From Squalus acanthias (lineage: Eukaryota), in contig CM059438.1 in NCBI GenBank assembly GCA_030390025.1, positions 65,226,001 to 65,290,000 of the forward strand: a stretch of DNA of 64,000 bases, given 5' to 3'. The notes beneath the pieces were generated by a model. It ran no database searches and was not told the origin of the DNA. It saw nothing but the letters and a program-made list of their open reading frames with translations. Positions 37,624 to 49,713 of the stretch are shown here, in pieces; the stretch's first letter is position 1, and each line of letters starts with the position of its first letter. A program made the translations under genes and the position numbers.

Positions 37624-38103
37624 TAGGCTGGTCTGCTGTGCCAATTTCAAAATGATTGGATGGAACTGGTTCAGGACCTGTCACATAGGTCAACAGTGCA
37701 GCTTCAGGTGAAAGTATAAGCACAACATGGCAGAGATCCAACAGAGGGATAACCAGTTAATATATTCAAGGAATTTCAAGTTCACGGAAGAGGTCTAATC
37801 CTATTTTTTTAATTTGTTTTTCTTTAAATCTCCTTTAACTGATCCTGATTTAGAATTAGAAGGCAAATCATTTCATTTGTTTTGAAATGATGGATTTCAC
37901 GCTGTAATTCATAAATCCCTCTGAAGCTGCTTTTGTGCTGATGCTGTTTTACTTGTTTACGGGATTTGTGATGCAAATCCTGGTGCTGTTACTACAAAAG
38001 ATAATGTCGACCATGACAAGCGACATTGTCCAGAACAGTAGCACCAGAGGACACGGCCTGTGATTAAAGGGGGGGTAAATTCAAATTGAATCTGCTGCAA
38101 ATT

Positions 38104-38864
38104 GGGCCAGAAATTCGGCTCTCCGGCTTCCTGCGGGTGCAAGCATCGCGCGCGTACTTACCTACCGCGCCTGCAGTTGTGCTTTGGGCCCACGAGGACT
38201 TCGGGTCCTGGGCCTCCTCCAGCTGCCAGCGCGCAGTGCTTGTGTATCCCAGGGGCGCAGTTAGTTCGAAGCGTCCCCTGGGATCACGTGGGCCATGGAG
38301 AGCCAATCCTAGCAGGGCATTTTCATTCATAGATTTGACAGGAAGACCTGTCAAATCTATGAAGAGAGATCGGCCCCAAAACCACACTTAAACTTCAAAT
38401 ACTTTTTTTTTTAATCACATTTTTAAAATAACTATAAGTTAAATAAATTAACTACTTTAAACAAAAATTTAAATTTTTGAAAAAATTAATTATACTTTGT
38501 AACGGTGCTAAAAATAAACTTACCTTTCTTTAAAGTATCTAAAAAAGATAAAACTGTTGAAAATTTTTAAAATTGTAATTAATTAACCACTTACCTTGTT
38601 AAAAACAGGCCTAGCACCTCCTTTTTAAAAGCACAGCGTCTTCATACTTACCTTCCTGGAGAAAATTGAAAAAAAAATCGAAGTTCGCTGCATGCGCGCA
38701 GCCTCTCCTGTGCACGCAATCGACTTCTGAACCCCTCCCTTCAGGGGAACAGAAGTTCCGGTTTCCCGCGCATGCGCAATGCATGCAGGAAACCGGCACT
38801 TCAGATGGCCTTACGGGTGAGTACACAGCGCGTACTCACCCGACAACAGCCGAATTTCTGGCCC
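38104..38864. mobile_element. Harbinger-type MITE, 'splice-signal' family
   Basis: Perfect 16-bp TIR gggccagaaattcggc / gccgaatttctggccc; flanks att / aat. Confidence 0.9.
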
Positions 38865-38971
38865 AATATTTCCGTCAGTGAGTGGTCAACCTTTGAAACA
38901 GACACCCTAGGGAGATGGTGGAAGCAGTTACTATTCATTCATTCAAATGCAAATTAGATAGCTTAAATAAT

Positions 38972-39734
38972 GGCCTAGAAATTTGACTCGGAGGCTTGCC
39001 GCGGGGGTAAGGATCTTACACGATATCACACACCGCGCCGGCCGTTGTGTTTTGGGCCCACAGGAACTTCAGTTCCTGGGCCTCTCCCTGGTGCCAGCGC
39101 GCAGTGTGTGTGTGTCCCAGAGGCACAGTTAGTGCGATGCGACCTCTGGGATCACGTGGGCCATGGAGAGCCAATGGCAGCAGACCATCTTTCATTCATA
39201 GATTTGACAGGAGACCTGTCAAATCTGTGAATTGAAAGAGACACCAAAAGAACAGCTAAACCTCAAATAATTTTTTTTTAAAAACCATCACATTAATAAA
39301 ATAACTATAGTTAAATAAATTAACCACTTTCAACAAAAATTTTAATTTTTGAAAAATTTTAATTCTTTTTAAAAGTTATAAAAATAAACTTACCTTTCTT
39401 TAAAGTCTCTAAAAAAGATAAACCTGTTGAAAAAATTTAAAATTATACTTAATTAACTACTTACCTTGTTAAAAGGGGGTCTTACGCCTCCTTTTTACTT
39501 GTGTAAAATCTTCCAAACTTACCCTCGCGTTGAAACCTGAAAAAAAAACTAAGTGTGCTGCATGCGCACAGCCTGTAGTGTGCACGCGGTTCACCTAGGA
39601 ACCGCCCCCTTCGCCATACCGGAAGTGCCGGTTTCCCACGCATGTGCAGTGCATGCAGGAAACCGGCACTTCGGGACCGAATACGGGTGAGTACGCAACG
39701 GGTACTCTCCCGTATTCGGCCGAATTTTTGGGCC
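38972..39734. mobile_element. Harbinger-type MITE, 'splice-signal' family, AAT TSD
   Basis: aat|ggcctagaaatttgac ... gccgaatttttgggcc|aat; collinear with 38104-38864. Confidence 0.85.
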
Positions 39735-39762
39735 AATATTTGGGGATACAGTACATGAGCAA

Positions 39763-40278
39763 TTTGCACTAGAGAGGGTACAGAGGAGATTTACAAGGAT
39801 GGTGCCGGGAGTAGAGAATCTTAGCTATGAGGAAAGACTGGATAGGCTGGGCTCTGTTTTCCTTGGAACAGAGGAGGCTGAGGGGAGACCTTATTGAGGT
39901 GTATAAAATTATGAGGGGCATAGATAAAGTGGATAGAAAGGACCTATTTCCCTTAGCAGAGGGGTCAAAAACCAGAGGGCACAGATTTAAAGTAATTGGT
40001 GGAAGGTTTAGAGGGGATTTGAGGGGAAATTTCTTCCCCTAGAGGGTTGTGGGGGTCTGGAACTCACTGCCTGAAAGGGTGGTAGAGGCAGGAACCCTAA
40101 CCACATTTAAGAAGTACTTGGATGTGCACTTGGGATGCTCTAACCTGCAGGGCTACGGACCAAGAGCTGGGAAGTGGGATTAGGCTGGATAGCTCTTTGT
40201 TGGCCGGCGCGGACACGATGGGCCGAAATGGCCTCCTTCCATGCTGTAACTTTCTATGATTTTATGATTCTATGATTC
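39763..40278 (+). mobile_element. CR1 3' fragment
   Basis: LFSLEQRRLRGDLIEVYKI...RGHRFKV; near-identical inverted copy of 34920-35430; (tctatgat)n tail. Confidence 0.92.
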
Positions 40279-40405
40279 AATTTGAGACGTGACATGTGGT
40301 AAGTGTAGCATGCTGATAGGATTAGATGAAGAGGGGAGTGAGGAGGCTTGTGTGGAGCATGGAGCAGTTGGCCAAATACCCTGATTCTGGGCTGTAGAAT
40401 CTGTG

Positions 40406-41235
40406 GCCGGAATTTTGCTGGTCCTCAGATTGCGGGATTGGAGGCGGGACCGCTGTCAAAATCGCAAAGATTGACAGTGGATAGGAATCCCGCTGTCAAC
40501 CCGCCTCCAATCAATCTTCCCGAGTTTCGGGTCCCCGATTTGCGCATGGACCCGACACCTAGCGGCGAGAAGAGGATTATAGCCACTTACCTGCCTGTTA
40601 ACAGGCACTTGATACTTGTTAACAGGCTCTTTTTCAATTTTGCCGCTTCTGCCTCGGGGTTCCCGACGTCCGGACACCACGCCAGGTAAGTGTGGCGTGT
40701 TGTGAGTCTGCTGCAATGTTTCTGCATTGATGACAGCTGCAGAAGTGGTGTGCAGGATCCAATAGTGCACTGGTGAATTTCAGAGGTAAGAAAATGTTGG
40801 GAAAATCATTTTTAATGTATTTACACTTTTCTGCAGGTAATAAGTTTTGAATTGGATGTCTAGTCCCACCTCATTGGGAGAACCTCTCTCACCAGTGACA
40901 GATCGCTTCTGTAACCTCACCTGCAGCTGCCATCTGTTCTAGCCTATGGGGGAGTCATTGGAGAACCTTGGTGCAAGAGCTCACCTTTGTACAGTGATTG
41001 TCGGTGTTTGCAGCACCTCAGTGCTGTCAAACACTGAGAAATGAGCTGTCAAAGAAAAATTGTGCGTGGTCCCTTTAAAAAAACCGGCAGATGACGCATC
41101 ATCAAATGACGTCATCTGACCGGCTTCCTCTTAATTGTCCGGCAAGGTCTATCGACGTAAAATCACATCCGTGGGACTGGAACCCGGAAACCAGCTGACC
41201 CGCTCCCAAGCAGCATCCATTTGCAAAATGGCGGC
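40406..41235. mobile_element. Harbinger-derived non-autonomous element, right end not found
   Basis: Starts ggccggaattttgc followed by ttggaggcggg / cccgcctcc subterminal motifs, as at 10695 and 26923; gatgacg..atcatc block as at 14970 and 22601. Confidence 0.55.
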
Positions 41236-42036
41236 CTATGTAATATTTAGAAGGACAAGGTGACTTTGGACCTATGGTTCCCAAATCTCTCCACCACTGG
41301 GGTGTTCCTCATGTCATGTCTGGGTCTGTTCCAGACTAGTTGATAGAGATTGATTACCGTGATTCGTCAACAACTTCATTATCGTTGTATCATGCGACGA
41401 CCAGTATAGTCGAAGGTGAATTAGATGGACTTTAATCATTTTTTGCTTAGCATTTCCTATGTTTCTAAAAGCTGCATTCACATTGGCTTTGGTGGGTCAG
41501 TTCCTGGTTAAAAAAAATGAATGGGCCATCTTCTTGGTTCAGCGAAGCCAACAGGTTTTACATTGGGTCGGTTCTGGGTGCAGCAGGAGGTGTTGGCACA
41601 TGCACCCCTTTAAAGCCAATCAGAAAGCAGCTGAAATCCATTTCCCTAAATATGGTGGACTCAGAGAACCAGTTTTTTTCGAGAGTGCCTGTATAAATGT
41701 GGCTTTAAGAAGGCAGGTGATCAGGACCTGAGAAAAACTGAGCAAAGAGAGGCACACAATCCGTTTTATTACATTACACAACATAGGAATACGAGCAGGC
41801 CACTCAGCCTCTTGAGCCTGTTCTGCCGTTCAATTAGATCATGGTCGATGTGTGCCTCAATTCCATTTGCCCGCCTTAGCTCCCTATCCCTTGATACCCT
41901 TACCAATATTTATCCCTCAACCAACATCACCAAAAATACAAAAAGAAAATACTGCAGATGCTGGATATCTGAAATAAAAACAGAAAATGCTGGAGATACT
42001 CAGCAGGTCAGGCAGCATCTGTGAAGAGAGAAACAG

Positions 42037-42073
42037 AGTTAACGTTTCAGGTCGATGACCTTTCGTCAGAACT
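42037..42073 (-). ncRNA. Minimal hammerhead ribozyme motif, intact core
   Basis: Minus strand AGTT-CTGACGA-A-AGGTC(atc)GACCT-GAAACGTT-AACT: stem I AGTT/AACT, CUGACGA, 5-bp stem II, GAAA, palindromic ACGT. Confidence 0.8.
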
Positions 42074-43924
42074 GGAAAAAAGCAGGAAATGGAACAGATT
42101 TTTAAGCAAGTGTCGGGGTTGGGGAATGGGGGAGGGGATGAAAGAACAAACGGGAAGCTCTGTGATAGGATAGAAGGCCGGAGAAGTTAAGAGACATTAA
42201 GAGATATTCAAGGCAAAAGAAGATGGTAATGGGACAGGTTAAGAAACAAAGGATGGCTCTGGATGAAGTGCAAATTGTGCTGGCAGAATGAAAGACAGCT
42301 GCCATGTGGGAGAGAAGAAAAGACACAAACAAAAAGTGTGGATAAAAAATATATATATGATAGGGGCCGAGGTTATGATCAGAAATCGTTGAACTCTATG
42401 TTGAGTCCAGAAGGCTGTAAAGTGCCTCATCGAAAGATGAGGTGTTGTTCCTCGAGCTTACGCTGAGCTTCCGTAGAACAACGCAAGAGGCCGAGGACGG
42501 TGAGGTCTGAGTGGGAGTGGAGCAGTGAATTAAAGTGACAGGCGACCGGAAGCTTGGGGTCCCCCTTACGGACTGAACAGAGGTGTTCCGCAAAGTGGTC
42601 ACACAATCTGCGTTTGGTCTCCCCAATGTAGAGGAGACTGCATCATGAGCATCGTGAGGACGTACAATCCCTCTACACCTCCATCCCCCACCAGGATGGC
42701 CTGAGGGCGCTCCGCTTCTTCCTTGAACAGAGGCCCAACCAGTCCCCATCCACCACCACCCTCCTCCGCCTGGCTGAACTTGTTCTCACATTGAACAACT
42801 TCTCCTTTGACTCCACTCACTTCCTCCAAATCAAAGGTGTTGCTATGGGAACCCGCATGGGTCCTCGCTATGCCTGCCTTTTCGTGGGATATGTGGAACA
42901 CTCTTTGTTCCAGCCCTACTCGGGTCCCCTCCCTCACCTCTTTTTCCGGTACATTGATGACTGTATTGGTGTCGTTTCCTGCTCTCGCCCTGAACTAGAT
43001 AATTTCATTCACTTTGCTACCAATTTCCACCCTTCCCTCACTTTCACGGATCATCCTCCGCCATTTCCGCCACCTCCAGCGTGATCCCACCACCAAATGC
43101 ATCTTCCCCTCACCTCCCCTTTCAGCATTCCATAGGGACCGCTCCCTCCGTGACACCCTAGTCCACTCCTCTATCACCCCCAACACCCCTTCCCCTTCGC
43201 CCGGCACCTTCCCGTGCAAGTGCAGGAGATGCAACACATGCACTTATACCTCCCCCCTTCCCACTGTCCAGGGCCCCAAACACCCCTTCCAGGTGAAACA
43301 GTGATTTACTTGTACTTCTTGCAATTTAGTATACTGTATTCGCTGCTCACGATGTGGTCTCCTCTACATTGGGGAGACCAAACGCAGATTGGGTGACCGC
43401 TTTGCGGAACACCTCCGTTCAGTCCGTAAGGGGGACCCCGAGCTTCCGGTCGCCTGTCACTTTAATTCACCGCTCCACTCCCACTCAGACCTCACCGTCC
43501 TCGACTCGTGCATTGTTCTACGGAAGCTCAGCGTAAGCTCGAGGAACAGCACCTCATCTTTCGATTAGGCACTTTACAGCCTTCTGGACTCAACATAGAG
43601 TTCAACAATTTCTGATCATAACCTCGGCCCCTACCATATATATATCTTTTATCCACACTTTATGTTTGTGCCTTCTGTTCTTCTCTCCCACATGGCAGCT
43701 GTCTTTCATTCTGCCAGCGCAATTCACACTTCAGCTCGAGCCATCCTTTGTTTCTTAACCTGTCCCATTACCATCTCCTTTTTGCCTTGAATATCTCTTA
43801 ATGTCTCTTAACCTCTCCGGCCTTCTATCCTATCACAGACCTTCCCTTTTGTTCTTTCATCCCCTCCCCCATTTCCCAGCCCCGACACTTGCTTAAAAAT
43901 CTGTTCCATTTCCTGGTTTTTTCC

Positions 43925-43961
43925 AGTTCTGACAAAAGGTCATCGACCTGAAACGTTAACT
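43925..43961 (+). ncRNA. Minimal hammerhead motif with core mutation (CTGACAA)
   Basis: Same as 42037-42073 except G>A in the CUGANGA box (CpG decay); likely inactive. Confidence 0.65.
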
Positions 43962-46007
43962 CTGTTTTTCTCTCTTCACAGATGCTGCCTGACCTGCTGA
44001 GTATCTCCAGCATTTTCTGTTTTTATCTCCAGAAATACAGATTGTCAGGTCATGATCTCATTGCTGTTTGTGGGAGCTTGCTGTGCGTAAATTGGCTGCC
44101 GCTTTTCCAACAGTACAGCAGTGACTACACGTCAAGAAAAAGGAAATAATTGGCTGTAAAACACTTTGGGACCTCCCGATGTGGTGAAAGGCGCGATAAA
44201 AATGTAAGCTCTTTCTTTTTCTCGATATAAAAGATGGAGGAAAGGAGACCAGGTGCAAAATCCTGCTTAATTCTGGGAATGAAATGAGAGGAACTTTCAA
44301 TCACAACACCTCAATGACCAACCTGAATTCTACAAGATTTTGAAACCCATCTTAAAGAAGGAAATAACAGTGTTCTGCGGAGAGGCGATTTACCCGGCTG
44401 CATCACCTTCAATCCATCTAAATTAATTCTGTATCCTTAGAGTTTGCTGTAGGATCACATTAGGCGAGGAGCTGAGGGAAGAAGATCACTGAATCTGTGA
44501 TACAGAGCATAACGTTATCAACATAATGGAAAAGCTTATGACCAACCGACTGAATATTTTAAAGTTCTCACAATGACTCAGTTCTCTTGTATAGTTCTGA
44601 AAATTGGTTTCTTTCCTGCTAAAGTGCAGCAACTATTTAATTTGCTGATCTATTTACAGTTTGATTGTTCTTCAAGCCCCTGATGAAATCCCAGACTCAA
44701 AAGGGTTTCAGGAAGCTGTAGCTGTTCACTGACAACATCTCAGAGATGCAGAAGTGTTCTCTTAAGGAATTCTTCCACGGGCATTTTCCGCCCTGATTTT
44801 TCTCCCTGCCTCTCCAGAGCAGAGGCAATGATAATGTATAAAGATTTGAGGAGGCGGGCGCATCGAGGAAATTCCAGGATGTAGAGCAGAGAGGAAAGGT
44901 GGCCAAGTCTGCAAGGTTTCCCTCAAACTCCCCCCGCACCCATCTCCACCCTATACTACAGAGACTGCTTACCTGCACTGAGGTATGGTTTTCTGCATGC
45001 TGGCCACTCTCCAGTACCTTGTCCTAGTGGGCATTCTTCATGTGTGAGGCTGAATCTCAAGTGTGGCCAGACTATTCAACCATGGGAGGCTTTGTAGAAG
45101 AGCCCAATCCTGTTCTCACTTAGTGTTCACACACAAGTACTTTCCGGTACGGTCACTGACTGGAGATCAGCAGCAGAAACTCCTGGTTTTTCCCCTCATG
45201 AGCTTAAAGGTACTGTTGCAAAAACGCTGGCTGAAATTGGCAGAGCTATCTGGGTCTATGGCCAGGACATTGCTCTCCTGCCCGGTCCCCAGCTGACTGG
45301 GCAATGCTGAACAATTCACCTTATTTCAACTGCTCTTCCTTCTGTCACCTTCCCTTAAAAATTGAAAAAAAAAGATGTTTAGCAACAGGCCTGTACAGGA
45401 TTTGTAATGTTGTTGAACCCACTGAAACTAATTCGGGATAAAAGTGGATTTGATTGATACCAGTGTTTATGACTTGTCACCTTCAGTCAATTGCATTAGA
45501 TGGAAAGGACATGAAAATCTGAATGGTAAAACCAGTATTACTGAAACACAAATCAAGCATTTACATATCCTGTGTTTGAGTGCTGCCAATCATATTTGCT
45601 AAGAGGTATTAACCTAGGGGCCAGCTAACTGATGATTAAACTAGGCAGGTAAGCACTTGAAATTCATGTCAAGCCCAGGCTAATGGAACCTTATTCTGCG
45701 CAAAGCCCCAGATTGGAAAGGTTAAATTGGAATAATAGTGTGGATTTTTCTGCGGGACCTCTGGGGAGTGATCAGAATCATAAGCTGCTTGGGATCCAGT
45801 TCATCCTGGATTAATGTCCGGCTCACTCTGAGTTTGCCGTACAAACCATTACCATATTCATAACCTTGCTTTTAAGATTCGTCTCCTGCAATGGCAACAG
45901 ATAAATAATGCTGTAAATATCGATACCAGCAAAAGGCCCTTACCTTCCTCATTCTGTCATTGTACTCAATCAAATTATCCAGTAGCTGCACAGTTCCTTT
46001 TATTATA

Positions 46008-47030
46008 GCAAACGCGGATGCTGGGAATCTGAAATATAAACAGGAAATGCTGGAAATACTCAGCAGGTCAGGCAGCATCGGTGGAGAAACAGAGTTAACG
46101 AGGGGAATTTTAACCCCCAAAAGCAGGTGGGTTGGGGTCGGGAGGAATGTTAGCATTTTTAAAAATCTCAAACCCGAACCCATCCTGCCTCCAACCCGCC
46201 CACTTCCGGTTTTAACGGAGGCGGGATGGGGGTGGGCAACCAATCCGCTCCCAGGAGGCGGGTCGGTCATTTAAATATTTTAATACGGCTGCGTGCCTCA
46301 GATTTTTTCCCTCTTCCAGGTTTAACCCTGGCTGGCTGGGTTTGCGGGCCTAGGGAAACCCGGCCGCCTAAGGGAGACAAGGACTGTTGCGTGGAAGAGC
46401 TAAGTGCCTTTCCAGCACGGCTTGTGGGCCAGGAGGAGCAGGAGTGCTTCCCCCCCCAGCCCCCCAAGCTTACCTGTTTCCCTCCCCGTGATCTGACCAC
46501 CTCCCGCCACGATCACCGACCCCACCCCCACAATTGGAACCCCACCCCCTCCCCGCGATCACCGACCCTGCGAACACTGCCCCCAATCTGTCTGCGACCC
46601 CCACAATCACCCACCAACCCTACAAGGCACTCTGTACCCACCAACCCCCCCCCACCCCCGCCACCCCACGATCTCTATTCCAGTAACACAAACCTGCCTG
46701 CTCCTGGGCTGCGGCCTCTCCTGGAGCGTTCCTCGCCTGACAGAGAGCCAAGCCTGGCAATCAGGCTGGCTTCCGGGCGGGGATCCTGTTGAAAAAAAAA
46801 CCACACACGCTGTGCAGTCAAAACTCCACGGTGTTCAGGGACATGACCAGAACTCCCCCCACCCCGCATGGAATTCCCGCCCCAGTAAAGATCGAGGGCA
46901 ACGTTTCCGGTCGGTGACCGTTTATCAGAACTATTCTGACGAAAAGTCACCGATCTGAAACGTTAACTCTGTTTCTCTCTCCACAGATGCTGCCTGACCT
47001 GCTGAGTGTTTCCAGCATTTTCTGTTCATA
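46008..47030. mobile_element. Penelope-derived fold-back insertion (two inverted hammerhead-bearing ends) interrupted by a MITE
   Basis: TSD ttccttttattata (45994-46007) / ttccttatattata (47031-47044). Arms match the ends of the 41941-44028 element. Hammerhead-like motif ctgacga-a-aagtc(acc)gatct-gaaacgtt-aact at 46936-46968. Confidence 0.8.
46100..46899. mobile_element. Harbinger-type non-autonomous element, AAC TSD
   Basis: gtt-aac|gaggggaattttaac ... gtaaagatcgagggc|aac-gtttc; removing it restores gttaacgtttc. The left part resembles 60888-61060. TIRs are poor. Confidence 0.7.
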
Positions 47031-47233
47031 TTCCTTATATTATAAACTTGTGTTTGATTGTCTCTTTCTGCACAGTAACAATTTTGCAAGGAAAAAATTA
47101 TGTGACTCGACATTTATAAACATTTAATGTAACAGCAACTTTTATATTGTGCCTTTAACATAAAAAGTGCCCCAAGTTGCTTCACCAATAGCAGATAAGG
47201 GAACAGATGCCCAGCTATGGTCAGAGAGATTAG

Positions 47234-47688
47234 GGGCTGGATTTTCAATGACCCGTGGAGTCGGGTTTGGAGGCGTGTGGGGGGTTAAAGTTGCAGATTC
47301 GGGGGTCCCGACCCCATCCCGCCTCCAACCCGCCTCCACGCAATTTTGACAAAATCGGTCACGGAGTTCCCGACTCCGTCCCGCCTCCAAGAGGCGGGAG
47401 AGGCCATTAAAGCCATTAACAAGCCCTAAATTGGCTCTGTAATGCCATTTTGAAACATTTTAGCTAGTTTAACCCTTTTCCGACGTGAAGCATGCCTGAT
47501 GTGAAACACTCCAGTGAAACCTGGCGGGAGCACAAGTGGATAGCTGACTATCAGCTGCAGGTCCACTATTACAGGTAGTAGTATTAGGTGTGAAAGTCAC
47601 CTCTGATGCTACTGCATTGTCTTCAGAGACTGCCTGGCCTTGCTGTGAGAGGCCCTGGAAAAAAAAAATCTCTCTCTCTTCTTTCTCT

Positions 47689-47721
<33 letters not shown>

Positions 47722-48007
47722 CTGCTGCTCATTTTGCATCCAGATCCACTCACAGCAAAAGCCAGACAGGTCCACTCACAGCAAAGGCCAGGCAATCTCT
47801 GAGACCAGGCAGCCTGCAATGATGACATCATCAGAGGCGACTTTCCCACTGAAACCACTAATTGGTTGATGGGTTCCCACATGCTGGATCTCAATTGCCC
47901 AATTAAGTGAAAATTGCACCATTCATCCACATTAATCTGGAGTCGGGGGGACAACACAAAATGCGGGTAACACGACCCCAACCCGACCCCAAGACAAAAT
48001 CTAGCCC
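47234..48007. mobile_element. Non-autonomous internal-deletion relative of the 22426-26923 Harbinger, TAG TSD
   Basis: tag|gggctggatttt ... aaaatctagccc|tag. Both ends align with the reverse complement of the 22426-26923 ends. Contains a (CT)n tract at 47669-47720 and sits within a decayed L2 tail (about 47130-48330). Confidence 0.85.
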
Positions 48008-49154
48008 TAGGAGTGGTGACCAAAAATGATGAATTTTGAGGAGGGTGGGGAGAGTACTGGAGAAGCTTGGGGAGGGAGTTCCAGTGAGGAGGGCTGAGGT
48101 AGTGAAGGCATTGCTGCAGTGGCAGGTTGAAGGGAGAGGGGATCATTGTACAGCCAGAATCAGGTAACTGAAAAGTGCAGAAGGGGATTGCAAAGAGATG
48201 GTGGCGGAGAGATCACGGAGCAATGTGGAAACCAGCACTTCAAACTTGATGTGTCGGGGGACAGAGCTAATGTCAGTCAATGAGGATGGGGTTGATGGGT
48301 GGAACGGGACAGGATACAGGTGGCTGAGTTTTGCACCAGAACACAAACACTCACGCACATGTTCCATCGTAGGATATATTTTTTTAAGCATAACAATAAC
48401 GACAACTTGCATTTATATAGCACCTTTAAGGTAGAAAGGTTTGCCCACTGAAAGCTCAGATTTTACAATCTTAGATTGCAGTTATACTCCACTATCGGTC
48501 TGAGACTAAAATCGTACAGCGGGCTGTGCCTGGTTGTGACTTGCACTCTGTTCCCTTTGAGAAAACTGTTTATAAGCAGACCTCCAATTCCCTGGTGGCT
48601 CTTTGTTAATGTTGGGGCAGAACAGGTGTCGGCATCTGCTTTGTCCTAATATTGAAAAGTCTCAATGTTAGTTGATACAACAGACTGACACTCTGAACCC
48701 CATGTTAACTCCAGTTTCACACCAGGCTGGAGTTATACTGCAACCAGTGTCAAAGGCCTGAGGCAGCTTCCTGGAGGGAAGTTGTGCGGTACTTCACATT
48801 CGTGCAGTCGAGGCCCAGAACTGGTTCTGAGGTTGGAGAACTAATTGTGTCCTCTGCGTCCCTCTGTCTGTTACTGTCAGAAGTTCAAATTCCCTTTAAA
48901 ATTTGCTCTATACCTCATAGGTTTAACAGTTCTCGAAGTCATTTTTAACTTGCCATGAGTGAGGTGTGGGAGGTAAAGATAAATTCAAAGAGATGTAGAT
49001 ATTTAAGTTTTATATCTTGAGTAGTGTTTATTTTGCGAGTTGGTAGTGCTTGTGTCAAAAGGATGAGTACCATGATAAACCCATCCTCAGGTATGCACAC
49101 CTTCCTATTAAGTATCACTTTATTACTTGTATGGTCAGTTTACTTCGACATAAA

Positions 49155-49713
49155 AGAAGTTATGCTAAACCTTTATAAAACACTGGTTAGGCCCCAGCTG
49201 GGGTATTGTACTGTAGCCAATTCAATGTCAGAGAGCATGCAGAAGAGATTCACTAGAATGGTACCAGGGATGAAAGACTTCAATTACGTGGAGAAACTGG
49301 GTTGTTCCCTTTAGAGCAGAGAAGTTTAGGGGAGATTTGATAGTTTGTTCAAAATGATGAAGGATTTTAATAGAGTAAATAAGGAGAAACTGTTTCCAGC
49401 AGCAGAAGGGTCGGTAAGCAGAGGACACAGATTTAAGGTAATTGGCAAAAGAACCAGAGGTGACAGACGGAATAAAAATTATGTAGTGAGTTATTATGAC
49501 CTGGAATGCACTTCCTGAAAGGGTGATGAAAGCAAATTCAATAATAACTTTCAAAATGGAATTGGCTAAATATTTGAAAGGGGGGAAATTTGCAGGGCTA
49601 TGGGGAAAGGGCAGGGGAGTGGGACTAATTGGATAACTCTTTCAAAGAGCTGGCACAGGCACGATGGGCCGATGGGCCTCCTTCTGTGCTGTATCATTCC
49701 ATGATTCTATGAT
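49155..49713 (+). mobile_element. CR1 3' fragment, decayed
   Basis: MLNLYKTLVRPQLGYC...KRFTRMVPGM; CR1 3' UTR and atgattctatgatt tail. Confidence 0.85.

Larger units (their letters stand above)
41941..44028 (+). mobile_element. Penelope-like retroelement (RT fragment + GIY-YIG endonuclease) with inverted 3' copy, inserted in a Deu-SINE
   Basis: RT: DVQSLYTSIPH...NNFSF...KGVAMGTRMGPRYACLF...FFRYIDD (42659-43045). GIY-YIG: NLVYCIRCSRCGLLYIGETKRRLGDRFAEH (43323 onward). 41970-42651 is an inverted copy of 43345-44026. TSD ccaaaaataca / ccagaaataca. SINE sequence at 41903-41940 resumes at 44029-44220. Confidence 0.92.

Noticed and set aside
46226..48146. 188-aa and 225-aa ORFs
   Set aside because: They lie inside GC-rich MITEs and a (CT)n microsatellite; low-complexity shadows.
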